From contig JBNZDD010013727.1 of assembly GCA_050575255.1 (NCBI GenBank), positions 3,644,598-3,708,597 on the forward strand: a DNA stretch of 64,000 bases. The letters run 5' to 3'. Numbering within the stretch: position 1 is the first letter of the stretch; each line of letters opens with the position of its first letter. Position numbers and translations under genes: made by a program. The notes beneath the pieces are model-generated. The model made no database searches, had not been told where the DNA came from, and saw only the letters and a list, made by a program, of their open reading frames with translations. Positions 1-13,475 of the stretch are shown here, piece by piece. Origin of the DNA: Harriotta raleighana. Taxonomy: Eukaryota.

Positions 1-299
1 ATCTGTGTCTGTCTCTCTATCTGTGTGTGGGTGTCCCTCTATCTGTGTGTCCCTTTCTCTCACCTTTAAAAATGGCTGCTGCTCCACGGCTCTGAGAGTC
101 TCACCAGTTTAGACACGCCTAGTGGCCAACCACGAGTACTGCATTCGCGAGTACTGCACTCTCTTGGAAAACTCCATTCATTAAACGCAATTACTATTTG
201 CCGGATAACTTATGGTTAATTGAACCGGGACTTTTTTTTGAGGTGGCGGTTGAACGGATTTTCTGGTTCATCGAGTCACGGATAAACGAGGTTTTACTG
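1..299 (+). mobile_element. Tc1/mariner (pogo/Tigger-like) MITE family A, copy 1 (right part only)
   Basis: Ends in cggataaacgaggttttactg followed by TA; nearly identical to 7880-8176. Confidence 0.85.
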
Positions 300-1042
300 T
301 ATATAGGTTAATGGGAGAGTGTAGTTGAGTGTAGGATATCCACTTTTGTGCATTGTATTCCATTGTTGCAAAACAAAAAAAGGAATAATCTTGGCATGTG
401 TTTGATCAATTCCAGTAGAATTGTGATGCTTCTGTTTACAGACAGTCTCCTGTTGGCAGACTCACTTGTGGAAACAGTGGTGAATGCTTCAAGTACTATT
501 CTATGTGTCCCACGAACATTGGTTCTGTTTGATTTGCGAAAGGACTGCTTGAAAGGAGATGGTGTTCACATCTGGTGGTTATGATTACACCATTTTGTAT
601 TTAGACTTTGCCTGTGGACTTTGCTGAGAAGAGGCAAGGGGTACTTTGGTAATTATCTATTTTTAGTGTTTAAAGATCCATTACCGGCTGAGATTTTACT
701 ACAAATCCATCTCAGTAGGGTGACAGCTGTTGGAAGACATTATCTGGAGTTTGGGGTAGTAAATTGTTAAACAAGACGCTGTTTGGCGTGGAGGGCGCTA
801 CATAAATCCAAGTTGTTGTTGTAAACCCAAACTCATACGTCCAGGGTTTGATGCATTTCTTGATTGTTGTGCAGAAGGATAGGCAGATCTTGCTGAAGCT
901 CAAACTGGTGGAAGCACTGTTCAATAGTTAGGGATGAGTGTGATCAGTGGATTATGCTGAACTCACTATGCTTCTTGTCAAAACATCTTAAAGCATCTTC
1001 ACAGAATTCACTGTAAAGTGCAGTTACTGCATATTTTGTGTA

Positions 1043-1443
1043 AGCTTGGCTCGGTGGTAGCACTGCTGCCTCTGAGTCAGAAGGTCATGGATCCCCTACA
1101 TTGGGACTTGGAATCACATAGTCTAAGATGCAATACTGGAGATGCAATGTTTGAGGTGCTGTCCTTCAGATAAGATGTTAAACCAAGGTCCCATCAGCCT
1201 ACTCACTTGAAGAAAGGCACTATTTGAAAAGAGAAGAGTTTCTCCCAGTGTCCCAGCCAACAAATGAAATTGGTCATTTAATGGCTGTTTGTAGGACATT
1301 GCTGTGCCCAAACTAACTGGCTATTGCATTTTGCTCACAAAATACAGTCAATCCACTTTACAGTTTATTATCTAAAGCCATTTTTTATGATGTCCCAGCA
1401 ACATGGTAAGGTGCTATATCAAATACAAGGAATATTATTTATT
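1043..1443 (+). mobile_element. Older tRNA-derived SINE with Deu-like central domain
   Basis: Head gcttggctcggtggtagcactgctgcctctgagtcagaaggt; core gaggtgctgtccttcagataagatgttaaaccaaggtccc. Relatives at ~1530-1757(-), 24820-25290(-), 43620-44045(-), 47876-48150(+), 55500-55868(+). Confidence 0.7.
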
Positions 1444-3509
1444 GTCAAACGAGAAGGGATTATTATGATGATAACTACTTTGCACACTGCAACGTTCCGC
1501 ATCCATGAAGGAAATTGACAATTTTTTTATCTGGAGGATGTTTGGACTTGATGTTGGCAAGGACATTGGGAGAACCTCCTGCCTTATCTGTTGGTGCCCT
1601 GGGATCTTTAATGTCCACCTGAACAGGCAGATGGGACCTCAGGTAAACATCTTATCCGAAAGACAATTCTTCTGACATTGCAATCTTTCTCCAGCATTGC
1701 ACTCGAGTGTTATCCCAGACTATAAGATCCTAATCTTGATTTGGCACTTGAACCCCTTTATGTACATGTTACTTTTATTAACGCTTTCATACTAAGTGGC
1801 CGCTGCTTCTCTCCTAACCCTGTTGGTGCGAGTCCCTATTTCAAAGGTGACTCAACCAAGTCAGAGGCATACTCTGGCAGACATTCCCAGTTAACCCCAA
1901 TGCCTGGTAACTGGAATGTCTAATCGGAGTTTGCTCACCCTCGTAACCTCCGAGGTTGACAACTGCCCTCCTGAGGTGCTTACTTTTCTTCTCATTTAGA
2001 ATACTACAGAGACTTGAGGATACATTTGATTGAAATAACAACTCTTTATTAAAACTTAGCAACCCTAGGCTACCTTGCATAATAAGGAACAAAACAATGG
2101 AAGATATACAATAATGGGAGCAATATAACAATCACACATATCTGTAACAACTGGTAGAAGTACTACATTAGTAAAGCAATATGAAAAACAACTCTGACTG
2201 TATAGTAGTCCTACACATATCAGTACATACCGGATGACGACCATTAGACTAGCATTGCTTTATAAAGGTGTGTGGCACTACATGTTATTTTACTCTGAAG
2301 GCTGCTTGTTAGCTGACTTTCCGTTAAGCAACCCTGGATCTATATTTTGTGGCAAACTCATGTAGGACGCTTGCTTCACGTCCTCCCAACGTGAAAGCCG
2401 CTCTATAAATGTAATTTTGCTGTTGTTGCTAACTCTGCAACTTGGACTCTTACAGCACCCATTTAAAGGCAGGCCTTGCCATTTCTCTTAAATTATATAG
2501 TTATTTATGCATATTATTTATACATTACAAAAGACTGCAAAAATATGGTAACTGCAACAACCCACAATTTTCTCACCTTGTCAAGAATTGTGAGCCAGAC
2601 TGATAGCTTTATATTTAGCGAGGATTCAAACCTAGCCTTAATCTATGTCTAAAGACCAATTACTGACTCCTCTTTGCGACTGGTTTCACTCTGGGGCGGC
2701 TTAGTAGCCTTCAACATGACACAAGTGGCAATTGAGGAGCAGAATTGAATTTATCTTCTGGCTATGTCGTTTATCCGATACAGGGGGTCAGTCATTCTGA
2801 CTTGTTTGCTGGATTTATTACGTAGGATCTACTTTGTACTGAATACTATCGAAGAAGAAAATGTGTGATACATGAAATCACTATTTGACTAGTCGTACAA
2901 GAATTTTTTCATTGCCTTGATGAGTTTTCATATCTATCATGTTCCCATGATGGGGAAATAATCTGTCATTTGTGCTAAACAACAGTGTTGCTGAAAGCCA
3001 GTAGTATGTTAAGCTATTTACCTCCAATAGACTCTTAAATTGAATCCCGTTTCTTCTGGACAGCACAATGAAATTCTTATATACTAGCCCTGAGTTAATG
3101 CCTTGATTTTGTACACAATTGTTTTTCTCAGGCATGTTGTCAGGTTAGCCCACCGGAGGTTGAGCTTTCCATAGCCAAACTTGAAGCATAATTAGAAATA
3201 ATAATCCTTGCATTTTGATTATTATTATTATTATTGACAGACCTTTGAGAGTCCAGGGGAAACCTAATGAGAAGGGAGAGAGGGAGAGTGAAAATACTTT
3301 GGAAAAGATATGGAAAATATACTTTTAAGTGGTTTTCTCAGGACTGAAAGTTTATATTCTAACATTAACCAGAGTTTAATGATCTTATTCATACCTTCAG
3401 TTACAAAATGATGGGGTTTGAAGTAAAAGTCTTAAATGAGTCTTATCAGTGCACACACTTTCATCTATTTGAAGTATTTTGATTATTACTCTGTCTCCAC
3501 ATTATTGTG

Positions 3510-3977
3510 CAGTAAAACCTCGTTTATCCGGCACCCATGGGACCTGGCCAATGGAGGTTAAACATTTTTCCGGTTGAACAGATTACTATTTTTTAAAATT
3601 ATTTAAAAAAAAATACTTTAACACAAACCATATTAATAATAGTCTAAATAACAACAGAATATTGTATTATACTTCTATTTATACTTAACTTTGGAATCGC
3701 AGCCCTCAAATCGACCAAAGTAGCAACTTCTGAGTTTTAATAGATTAGATAATCATCACAATGCGTGAGTTTCCACTAACAATTGTTTCCATTAACAAAG
3801 TTTAGACTCGCCTAGTGGCCAACCACGAGTACTGCAATCGCTTGCAATAGTCCATTCAATAAACGCGTCATCACTATTTGCCGGATAACTTAGGTTAATC
3901 GAATCGGGACTTTTTTTTAGGTGGCGGTTGAACAGGTTTTCTGGTTCATCGAGTCACGGATAAACAAGGTTTTACTG
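3510..3977 (+). mobile_element. MITE family A, copy 2
   Basis: TIRs cagtaaaacctcgtttatccg ... cggataaacaaggttttactg; TA on the right, TG on the left. Confidence 0.88.
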
Positions 3978-5036
3978 TAAATAGTTTGGATACAATTTAA
4001 ATTGTTATAGTGGAAAAATATGGTTGGATGAGAGGTGGGGAATTGAAGACAAATTATTATTCACTGAATGGTAGCAAATTAAAGAATATATGTCCAGGAC
4101 ATTTGAAGGTTATTAGCAAAGAATATGAGTTCTCTGGTGGCCTTTAACTACATATTTTCACAAATGAAGACATGTGCCAAATTATAATGCTATTTTATTG
4201 TTTTTTTTAAGCAGTTTTTGTTCTAATTTAAGTAAATTTTGCTGGCTAGAAATTATTCTGTTAAATATTAGTCTTACAGCTACCTTTTTTTAATGTGAAT
4301 TAAGGAAATAATAGAGTGTTTTAATATACTCCATTGAGATTACAGTAGAATTTCAATGCATAAGTCAAGCCCATGCACATGATTTTAATTCAATACCATC
4401 TTTTAAAAAATCCATGGTAACTACTTCTAATCCCTTTTTAAAATGCAATTGATAGTTTGTCTATAGTTTCTTTCAGATTGGGCAGATACTTGTGCCAGTA
4501 GAGAACATACCTTTCATACCAACTAATTTTCTGCCCATGACACAATATTGCCTTCAATTCTGTGTGCCTTTCTTAAAAAAAATTTTCAAAGGAGTTGCTA
4601 AACCTGACAATATGAAAGTTTGATTGTCAGTAGAAATGGTAAATGACCTGGAAAAGTTTAGCTAGCTTCAAAACTATGTTTATCTTGTGCTGTTGAGTTT
4701 AGAAGCAACAATAAAATTACACTTGTATAGTGCCTTTCACGTCAGGAGGATGTCCCAAGGCACTGTTGGAGAAACATCTCCAATACTAAATCCTATATTG
4801 ATACTTCAGTTTAAAAATACTGTATTCAAATTTCCAAAATATCCAACAAGATAACCAGGAAAATTAATTATTTAAAATCTGCAAGTACTGATGATAATAC
4901 ACATGTTAATGCAATATATGCTTTATTCAATGCTTAATTTTTGGCCATTTTGTTTTAAATACATTTGTTGACCTTAATTATACTTAGAGACCGTAATTAG
5001 AATTGTTCTAAATTATGCCCTTTTCCTCCTTGTTAG

Positions 5037-5209
5037 ATCAGTATCCATCATCATCTCATCACACAAAGAATTGGGATCAGTTGGTAATGGAAATTAAGGA
5101 GGAGGAGAAGAATGAAAAACTTGAGGGAGATGCTGCCCTAAACCAACTCTTTCAGAAGATTTATGCAGATGGTTCTGATGAAGTAAAACGTGCCATGAAC
5201 AAGTCATTT
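5037..5209 (+). CDS. SUGT1: SUGT1 (SGT1 homolog, HSP90 co-chaperone) penultimate coding exon, SGS domain
   Basis: Translates (D)[57 protein letters not shown], a close match to the vertebrate SGT1 SGS domain. Pyrimidine tract + AG at 5035-5036, GT donor at 5210. Upstream exons were not found and are presumably outside the window. Confidence 0.96.
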
Positions 5210-5950
5210 GTGCGTAATTCCACTGTTAATGATTGCAAGTTTTCGCACAGATTCCTATTGGAAATCTGACACAATTGTAGTTCCTGTATGTGGACTTCAA
5301 TCCTCATTATATTGAAGAATCGTTTTTCATTGTTATCCACTACAATATGTTAGCCAATATGGAAGGATAGCAAGACAAACAGTCCTTGATATGAAAATAC
5401 TGATTTGGAAGAGCTAAAATACGGAAATACCGGGAATGTGAAAAATACCAGCAAAGTCCTGGACTCATTTTACATTTACGTACATTACAAAATGGATAGC
5501 CTGATTGTGAATAGCTTGTTATGCCTTTTTCTTTTGAATTGTGTTGTTTGAGGCTGTTGGTAAACTTCAGACCTCTGGTTGGTTGCCTTCAGTGTCATGA
5601 GAGTGACCCTTGAACATCAAGCCACAAATCAAGCAATATTCAGCAAAGTAAAAACTGAAAACCCACTACCGATCGAACAGAGACATTGGATTCATGCAAA
5701 TTGTTTTTTTTTGGTGGGTGGGGGGAACCAGTGTCAAACTCCAGTCTGACTTTAAAAAAAATTAAAACTGTAACCCTCATATCATAAATATAGTAAATTG
5801 CAGAAAACTCATCACTTCAAGGGAAAAGGGCCACGAATTATCCAATGTGACATATTAGAGATACAATAAGCCAGGGTTGAGTATTCCAAAGTTTACTGTA
5901 TCACTACTCTTTCAGGTGGGAAGCTAATATTATTTTTTATGTATCTCTAG

Positions 5951-6052
5951 ACTGAATCCGGAGGCACTGTTCTGAGCACAAATTGGTCTGAAGTGGGAAG
6001 CAAACAAATCGCCGTGAGTCCCCCAGATGACATGGAGTGGAAGAAACTTTGA
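5951..6052 (+). CDS. SUGT1: SUGT1 last coding exon
   Basis: tctctag acceptor, then [33 protein letters not shown]. Phase 0, in frame with the previous exon. Matches the SGT1 C-terminus ([11 protein letters not shown]...PPDDMEWKK). Confidence 0.96.
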   Translation, partial: TESGGTVLSTNWSEVGSKQIAVSPPDDMEWKKL

Positions 6053-6281
6053 TATTCTAACCTAATGTATCAAGCACCGTGAATGAATTCATCTTGAACA
6101 GCAGCTTGTGGACATTCTTCTTTTCCAGCACTGACTAAGTACTAATGTGTATGCAATAGCTTTGGGTGATCTCTGCATGAACTTTAGACATTATTTTGCC
6201 TAATATTAGTCTTTGAGAAAGTTGTGTTAAATATTTACTTTTTTTTACAATTAAAATCGTCAACATTTTCCCTACACACAA

Positions 6282-6287
6282 AATAAA
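6282..6287 (+). terminator. Candidate SUGT1 polyadenylation signal AATAAA
   Basis: AATAAA about 230 nt after the stop codon, with T/GT-rich sequence downstream. Confidence 0.5.
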
Positions 6288-7331
6288 TTTGGTTTCTATT
6301 ATAGGTACAAAGATTTTCACACATATGAGAATGTTTTATGTTTGCACTAATTGATAGTCATCAACCAATCATTTTCTCATGGTGTTCTGTCAAACAGTGC
6401 AGTGCTACATGAAGCATTGTAACATAATTAATTGGTTAGACAACAACAATTATAATTAGACCAAAATAATTATGGAATTGGATTTGCATTAAAAATAATA
6501 CCAAATTCTTTGTGTAAACATTAAATGTTTTCTTATGTAAGAAGGGGAAGGCTTAGGTGAACAATGTGAAAATTTACAAGTTGTGTTAAAATATCATTTA
6601 TAAAATTGAAAGTTTTGCTTTCTCCTATGCAAGGTTGACTGTTAAATCAAGTACTTTTTTTGCTTTGGATTCTTAATGTGATTTAGTGGTTTTTACTTGT
6701 ATTTTGAGCAAAATATGTACTGTAAATTCATTGTTTAATTACTGCACTTTTGTGTTTTTCTTATTGTGTCATTTTAATTTTAACACAGCAAATATAGTTT
6801 TACATTATTTTTCATTGTTAAACAAAAAAAAAGTATTTCAGTTGTCCCATTGGCACAGTAATGCATAACATTAACTCAGAAGAACTATTGCATGAACATC
6901 CTAATATTTCAGAATTTCAAGAAGAAATGGCCTCTGAAATTGGAGAAAATTCCTCTGTAGTCAAATGCTGATGTATTGAATCGCATAGGAGATTGAAGGG
7001 TTGTTATTTGACTGACTGGTAGAGTATCCACCATTATAACAAGAGGATCCAGGTTTGCTTACCAGGAAGGGTGTAACCATAGGCAATTTTCCTTACAACA
7101 TGCTTCCTTTTACCCAGATCACCTGGCAGATTGCTTTCAAGAGGTAATAATCACTTTTTAAAAATTATTAATAATTTGGACATTCAATCCACAATTGTTT
7201 ATGGGACACTGCTGCTGTGTTTCAACCACAAAATGTACTTTTAATTCATGAAATGCTTGGAGAGGTCTCAACTTTATAATGAAGCTCAATATCAAATGTA
7301 ATTATTATTTTTATTACATGTTAACCAGATA

Positions 7332-8176
7332 CAGTAAAACCTTGTTTATCCGGCACCCACGGGACCTGGCCAGTAGCGGTAAAATCGTTTTTCCGGTTGA
7401 ACGGATTTTTTTTAAAATAAAATTAAAAAAAATTATTTTAACACATACCATATTAATAATAGACTAAATAACAACAAAATATTGTGTTAGTATTTTTATT
7501 TATACTTAACTTTGCAATCGCAGCCCTCACCCAACCTATTTTAGGTCAAATCGACTAATGTAGCAACTTCTGTGTTGTGATGCTTAGACAAGCATTACTA
7601 TGCGTGAGTTCCCATTAACAAGATAAAAACCAAGGAGGTTGGAAAAATCGCGACCTTTTCTCTCTGTGTGTCTCTCTCTCTCCCCCTCTCTGTGGGTGTG
7701 TATGTGTGTGTGTCTCTGTGTATCGAGGTGTGTGTCTCTCTGTCTGTGTGTGTGCATCTGTCTGTGTCTCTCTCTCTCCCCCTCTTTCTCTATGTATCTG
7801 TGTGTCTCTGTCTCCCTCCCTCTCTGTATCTGAGTGTGTGTGTCTCTCTCTTTCTCTCTGTGTCTCTGTGTGTGTGACTATCTGTGTCTTGTCTCTCTAT
7901 CTGTGTGTGGGTGTCCCTCAATCTGTGTGTCCCTCTCCCTCACCTGAAAAAATGGTTATTGCTCCAGGGCTCTGAGCGTCTCACCAGTTTAGACACGCCT
8001 AGTGGCCAACTACAAGTACTGCACTCGCGAGTACTGCACTCTCGGAAAAGTCCATTCATTGAACGCAATCACTATTTGCCGATAACTTACGGTTAATCAA
8101 ATCGGACTTTTTTTTTTGTGTGGCGGTTGAACGGATTTTCCGGTTCATCGAGTCACGGATAAACGAGGTTTTACTG
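7332..8176 (+). mobile_element. MITE family A, copy 3, with internal CT/GT microsatellite
   Basis: TA-cagtaaaaccttgtttatccg ... cggataaacgaggttttactg-TA. Confidence 0.9.
7659..7940. repeat. Compound (CT)n/(GT)n microsatellite
   Basis: Degenerate tctctgtgtg arrays; source of the Cys/Val/Leu/Ser-rich spurious ORFs. Confidence 0.9.
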
Positions 8177-10188
8177 TATCATAGTGTTAATTCTGGTGCC
8201 GAATGCCAGTATAAACAGTGCGGTCAAGCAATGTAATAAAAATATATTCCTTATAATCAAATGAACAACATTATCTCTTTACTAATAGAGTTATTAGATG
8301 TTAAGATTGATGCACACAATTGAATTTTCATTTAATTAGATCAACAACTACAATGAAAGGGTGGATGCCTTTGCATGATTTTATTCTATCCTTAAATATA
8401 TAAATAATACATTTTTCAAATTAAATTGCTGATGGTGATGTACAAATAGATGAAGATATTTAAGGAATCAAATACTTAGATTTGATATATTACCTGCCTC
8501 AGGCTCTTCATGTGATAAGCTAAAAAGTGACATGCCTGTTTTTTTTATTGAAGGTGACTGTTTATATAAATAATAATCCTTGCATTTTGATTTAGCGCTT
8601 TCACATCTTATCACAGAATATACTGTAAAGCGAATTGACTGCATATTTATGGGCGAAACATATAAAGATGACACATCAATAAGAATTAAGTTACCTTGAT
8701 AATAGAAGTTCACTGTCGGAGCCAAAACTTCAAATGGATGTTGTGTCCAATTGACAGCAACTTTTAACTCATTACACATATAAGATTCAGCCAGACGTAC
8801 TCAAAGAACTCTCAAGACAATTGACCAAAGGTGACTCCTAAAGCTGAAATCAACACTTCTACTTGAAAGACCAAGCTGCTTCAATCCACTTACTGTGATA
8901 AGAGGTATGTTTTTGCCAGACATTCAAGTAATAAGTTTGATGTTGAAAGGACACTAGTATTCACTTTAGGTTGCAATTTGGGTTAACAAGTTTTGGTTAG
9001 TTTGGTTAACAAGTTGAACAACTAAAATAATGAGACCTATCAGTTAATGCTAAATTATTGTAAAGAAAAATTGAATGTTGAATTCTAATTGAACCCAGTT
9101 TAGGTAATCCGAAAACTAATTTATTAATGATGTTGATTATCATGTTATGAATATTTTTCCATTTGTAGATGAAAGTAGGACATCAATCTGTGGCCTAACT
9201 TTTTTTCCCCTTTAGTATTCTCCAGATGTTTGATTGTCCCTTTAAAAGCTTTAAAAAGCTTTAATGATATTACTGGGATTCTCTGTGTAGATAGATATAC
9301 TTGCAAATAACAACAAACAACAATTTACATTTGTATAGTGCCTTTCACTTTGGGAGGACATCCCAAGGCTCTGAAATAACAATGAATAACAATAGTTGCA
9401 TTTGATATAGAGTCTCATCACATTGTTCTCAAAGTACTTCACAGGATCATTGTATAGTGGCTAAATTTGTAAGCAAATGTGGTTGTCAATTGACAACGTC
9501 TCATGAATTCATGATTTTAAGAAACAATAAAATCAGTTCCTGATGAGCTGTTGACTTTGAGAGGGAATTACTCGTTGGAAATATTCTGATTACTCATTGG
9601 AACTCATTGTGAATTTAAGGTGTATAGCTGACATTGCAAAAATCTAATGCTTACTGATAATTTAGCATAAATGAGATCCTCTGATGTGTAGATGTTAATC
9701 CAGATTATGAGCACAAGAAACAAGAAAAAGTAGTTTAACCTGAATCAACATGGATTGGTGACAAATTGTTCATTTATCATTAAAATGAAGTACAGTAAAT
9801 ATCAGAAATCAGAAACTAGTGAAAAGCTTCATCAACTTTGTTGATGACAAGAGTTTTAAACAAACAATGCCCATTGGCCCATTTCATCTCATTCTAAAAT
9901 ATCAACCATTATTACAGCAAGCCTTAATATAGCTTTGAGCTATTTTCTTAAATGGTCCTGGGATGCTAGTCTCTATTACCCTTCCTGATAACTCATTACA
10001 GATGTTGAGTACTTTGGTTCATCAATACAACAAAAACTCAAATTGCATGTAAATGCATTTTAGTATACTACATATCTGGTGATTAAATTGAGTGCAACTT
10101 GCAAATGAAGTCTAATATTAAGCATTTTCTTAGACTTGTGGAGGAAAAAAGTATTAGCTAAAGGAGTGCTATTTTCATGAACAACAAT

Positions 10189-11378
10189 AACAACAACTTC
10201 GATTTATATAGCGCCCTCCACGCCGGATGCCGTCTCAGAGCGCTTCACAATAGTGGATCCCGGGACCGAGCCAGGGGCAGGGGCAGAAAGGTGACCAAAA
10301 GCGCGGTCGAAGAGAAAGGTCTTCAGCTGTGACCTGAAACTGAGAAGAGAGGGGGTGAGGTGAAGGGAGTGAGGAAGGGAGTTCCAGAGCCTCAGGGCGT
10401 AGTTGCTGAAGGCACGGCCGCCGAGGGGGGTGGACGGAGGATTCGGGGGACTAGACCCAGACCGATGGAGGAGGCCAGACCCAGAGGAGCGAAGGCAGCG
10501 TGTGCTAGTTTGGGGGAGAAGATCAGACAGATAGGGGGGTGTAGAGGAGTGGAGGGATTTGAAAACAAGGGTGAGGATCTTGAAGTCGATCCTCTCTGGG
10601 AGAGGGAGCCAGTGGAGTCTGGCAAGGNGTGGACTCCTGTAGCTCAGTAGTTAGAGCACTCACCTTGCAAGTGAGAGACCAGAATTTGATTCCTGGCAAG
10701 GTGAAATCTTGGGCAAGGCAGTTGTTAATTGATTGACAGATCACTTTTCCAGAGGTAATAATTCCTTAGAAAAAAAAGACACTCAATCCACAACTGTTTG
10801 TGGGATACTGCTATTCGCAATTGGCTGCCATATTTTGCCCACAATTATACAAATTCACTACAGTAGATTCTGTGAAGCGCTTTGAGATATCTAGATGACA
10901 TAAAAGCACTATCAAATGCATGGATTATTATTATTCTGTTGATTTTCAGTTTTTCTCAAGTTTCAGCACCATAGAAAATATATAATCTGCTAATTGTGTA
11001 TCTAAGTGCATTATAATAATAATCCTTGCGTTTGATATAGCGCTTTTCACATCTTATCGACGTTTCAAAGTGCTTCGCAGAATATACTCTAAAATGAATT
11101 GACTATATTTGTGGATGAAATGCGGCAACCAATTGCACACAGCAGTGTCCCACAAACAGTCATGGGTTCAAANNNNNNNNNNNNNNNNNNNNNNNNNNNN
11201 NNNNNNNNNNNNNNNNNNNNNNNNNNNNAGCAAAGCTTGGAGCGGGTGAGTATGCGGGCGGCAGAGTTTTGGATTAGCTGGATTTTGTGGATTGTGGTGG
11301 AGGGGAGACGGGAGAGGAGGGCATTGCAATAGTCCAGCCGAGAGGTGACAAAGGCATGGAGCAAGGTTTCAGCGGCTT
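10189..11378 (-). mobile_element. L2 LINE 3' portion, split by a misplaced contig and N gap (pieces 10189-10627 and 11229-11378)
   Basis: LHAFVTSRLDYCNALL...IQLIQNSAARILTR is the typical L2 RT C-terminal region; (TTG)n tail and 3' stem-loop at 10189-10245. Confidence 0.85.
11173..11228. other. Assembly gap (56 N); single Ns also at 10628, 41601, 46269, 49947, 50398
   Basis: N characters in the sequence. Confidence 0.99.
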
Positions 11379-11605
11379 TTATGTAAATGTTTGCTCGTTG
11401 AAGGAGGCAGAAAAGCTTCCACTATTATAGCACGTAAATATTTTTTTTACATCCTTGCATCATGTTTGATAAACCCTTACTTCAATAATAATAATTGATT
11501 TTCATCTACTTTACGTTATATCCTGTGAAGTGCTTTGAGACATCTGGATGGTGTGGTAGGGTGCCATATCAAATGCAAGGATTACTATTATTCTTATGTT
11601 TAATA

Positions 11606-12196
11606 CAGAGTAAAACCTTGTTTATCCGGCACCCATGGGACCTCGCCAGTGGCGGTTAAACGGTTTTCCGGTTGAGCGGATTATTTTAAAAAATTCAAAT
11701 ATATATTTTTTTTTAAATTGAAATTATTTTAATACCATATTATTATACCATATTAATAATAGACTAAATAATAATAGAATATTGTATCAATACTTTATTA
11801 TTTATACTTAACTTCCCAAACGCAGCCATCACCCGACGGAGGTAAAAAAAAGCGACTTTTAAAAGGAGCAGGAGCGAATTTAGAGTAGGCTAGAGGCCAG
11901 CCGCAAGTAGCTGCACTAGTATCAGTACTTTATCATTTATACTTAACTTCGCAATGCAGCCCTCGCCCGACGGAGGAAAAAAAAAGCGACTTAAAAGGAG
12001 CAGGAGCGAGTTTAGACCCGACTAGAGGCCAGCCTCGAATACCTACACTAGTACTCGCGTGCGATAGTCCATTCATTAAATGCGTCATCACTATTTGCCG
12101 GATAACTTCCGGTTCATCGAATCGGGATTTTGTTTTGAGATGGCAGTTCAACGGGTTTTCCGGTTCATCGAGTCACGGATAAACAAGGTTTTACTG
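11606..12196 (+). mobile_element. MITE family A, copy 4, with internal 135-bp tandem duplication
   Basis: TA-cagagtaaaaccttgtttatccg ... cggataaacaaggttttactg-TA. Confidence 0.88.
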
Positions 12197-13094
12197 TAAT
12201 AAGAATTATCCTTACATTTGATGTAGCACCTCAGCATGTCGTTGAGACATTTCAAAGCACTTCACAGGAAGTGTGAAGTGGATTGACTGTACTTGACTAC
12301 AGCAAAATGCGATAGACAGTTGTGCACAGCAGTATCCCACAAACAGTCGTGAATTATGATAGGTATGAACCATTGCAGTTTTAATGAGAGAGAAAATGCA
12401 TTTGGCTAATATTCCACTGATAGAATAATATTATTGCTCCATTATGTACAAAATGGATACTAACCATTGCAAATTGCAGAAGGTAAGAGAGCCCCATTGC
12501 CAAGTTCCATCCGCTCCAGCTGGTATTGCAATGAAAGGTTAAGCAGCAAAGCAAGGCAACAATCATGAACTCCACAAGGGTCTCCAGATCTCATTAAAAG
12601 TTGCCGGATGACCTTGGAAACCAGGAATACACTGTTCCGGGAGATTGTTTTCACTTTAGACAATTTCAGAAGGGGCAATCTAATCTAGTTTTGTTTCTGC
12701 ATGATTACCCTCCTAAACACAAAATGCTCCTCGAGGCCAAAGTGTACTTTTTCTTTTAAGCCTAATAATACAGCCAGAGCAGGAGAATTGATCTGGATCA
12801 TTTTTACTTAATTATCATGGTAATCTGAGAGTATAAGTAGGCAATGTCTCTTATTACACCTTCACTCCGTATCATTGTGACTTCCCATTTCAGGCATTTT
12901 ACAACAATTAATTGGAATTGATCATTTTTAATTGCTCAAATAGTGGTTCATTATTTAATTCAACAAAAAGACCTATAAAATTAAAGATGAATCTGTTCAA
13001 TCAAAGATGAAACAGTATCTGCAAATATTTTATCATCTTTAACTTTAAAGGTCTGTTGTGGCCATTGATCATTTGTGGGGTACATGCCATTTGT

Positions 13095-13399
13095 GGACTC
13101 CTGTAGCTCAGTAGTTAGAGCACTCACCTTGCAAGTGAGAGACCAGAATTTGATTCCTGGCAAGGTGAAATCTTGGGCAAGGCAGTTGTTAATTGATTGA
13201 CAGATCACTTTTCCAGAGGTAATAATTCCTTAGAAAAAAAAGACACTCAATCCACAACTGTTTGTGGGATACTGCTATTCGCAATTGGCTGCCATATTTT
13301 GCCCACAATTATACAAATTCACTACAGTAGATTCTGTGAAGCGCTTTGAGATATCTAGATGACATAAAAGCACTATCAAATGCATGGATTATTATTATT
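13095..13399 (+). mobile_element. tRNA-derived SINE, same family, internally deleted
   Basis: ggactcctgtagctcagtagttagagcactc head; (ATT)n tail. Confidence 0.8.
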
Positions 13400-13475
13400 C
13401 TGTTGATTTTCAGTTTTTCTCAAGTTTCAGCACCATAGAAAATATATAATCTGCTAATTGTGTATCTAAGTGCAT

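Noticed and set aside
7639-7975. Cys/Val/Leu/Ser-rich ORFs
   Set aside because: Translations of a CT/GT microsatellite inside a MITE.
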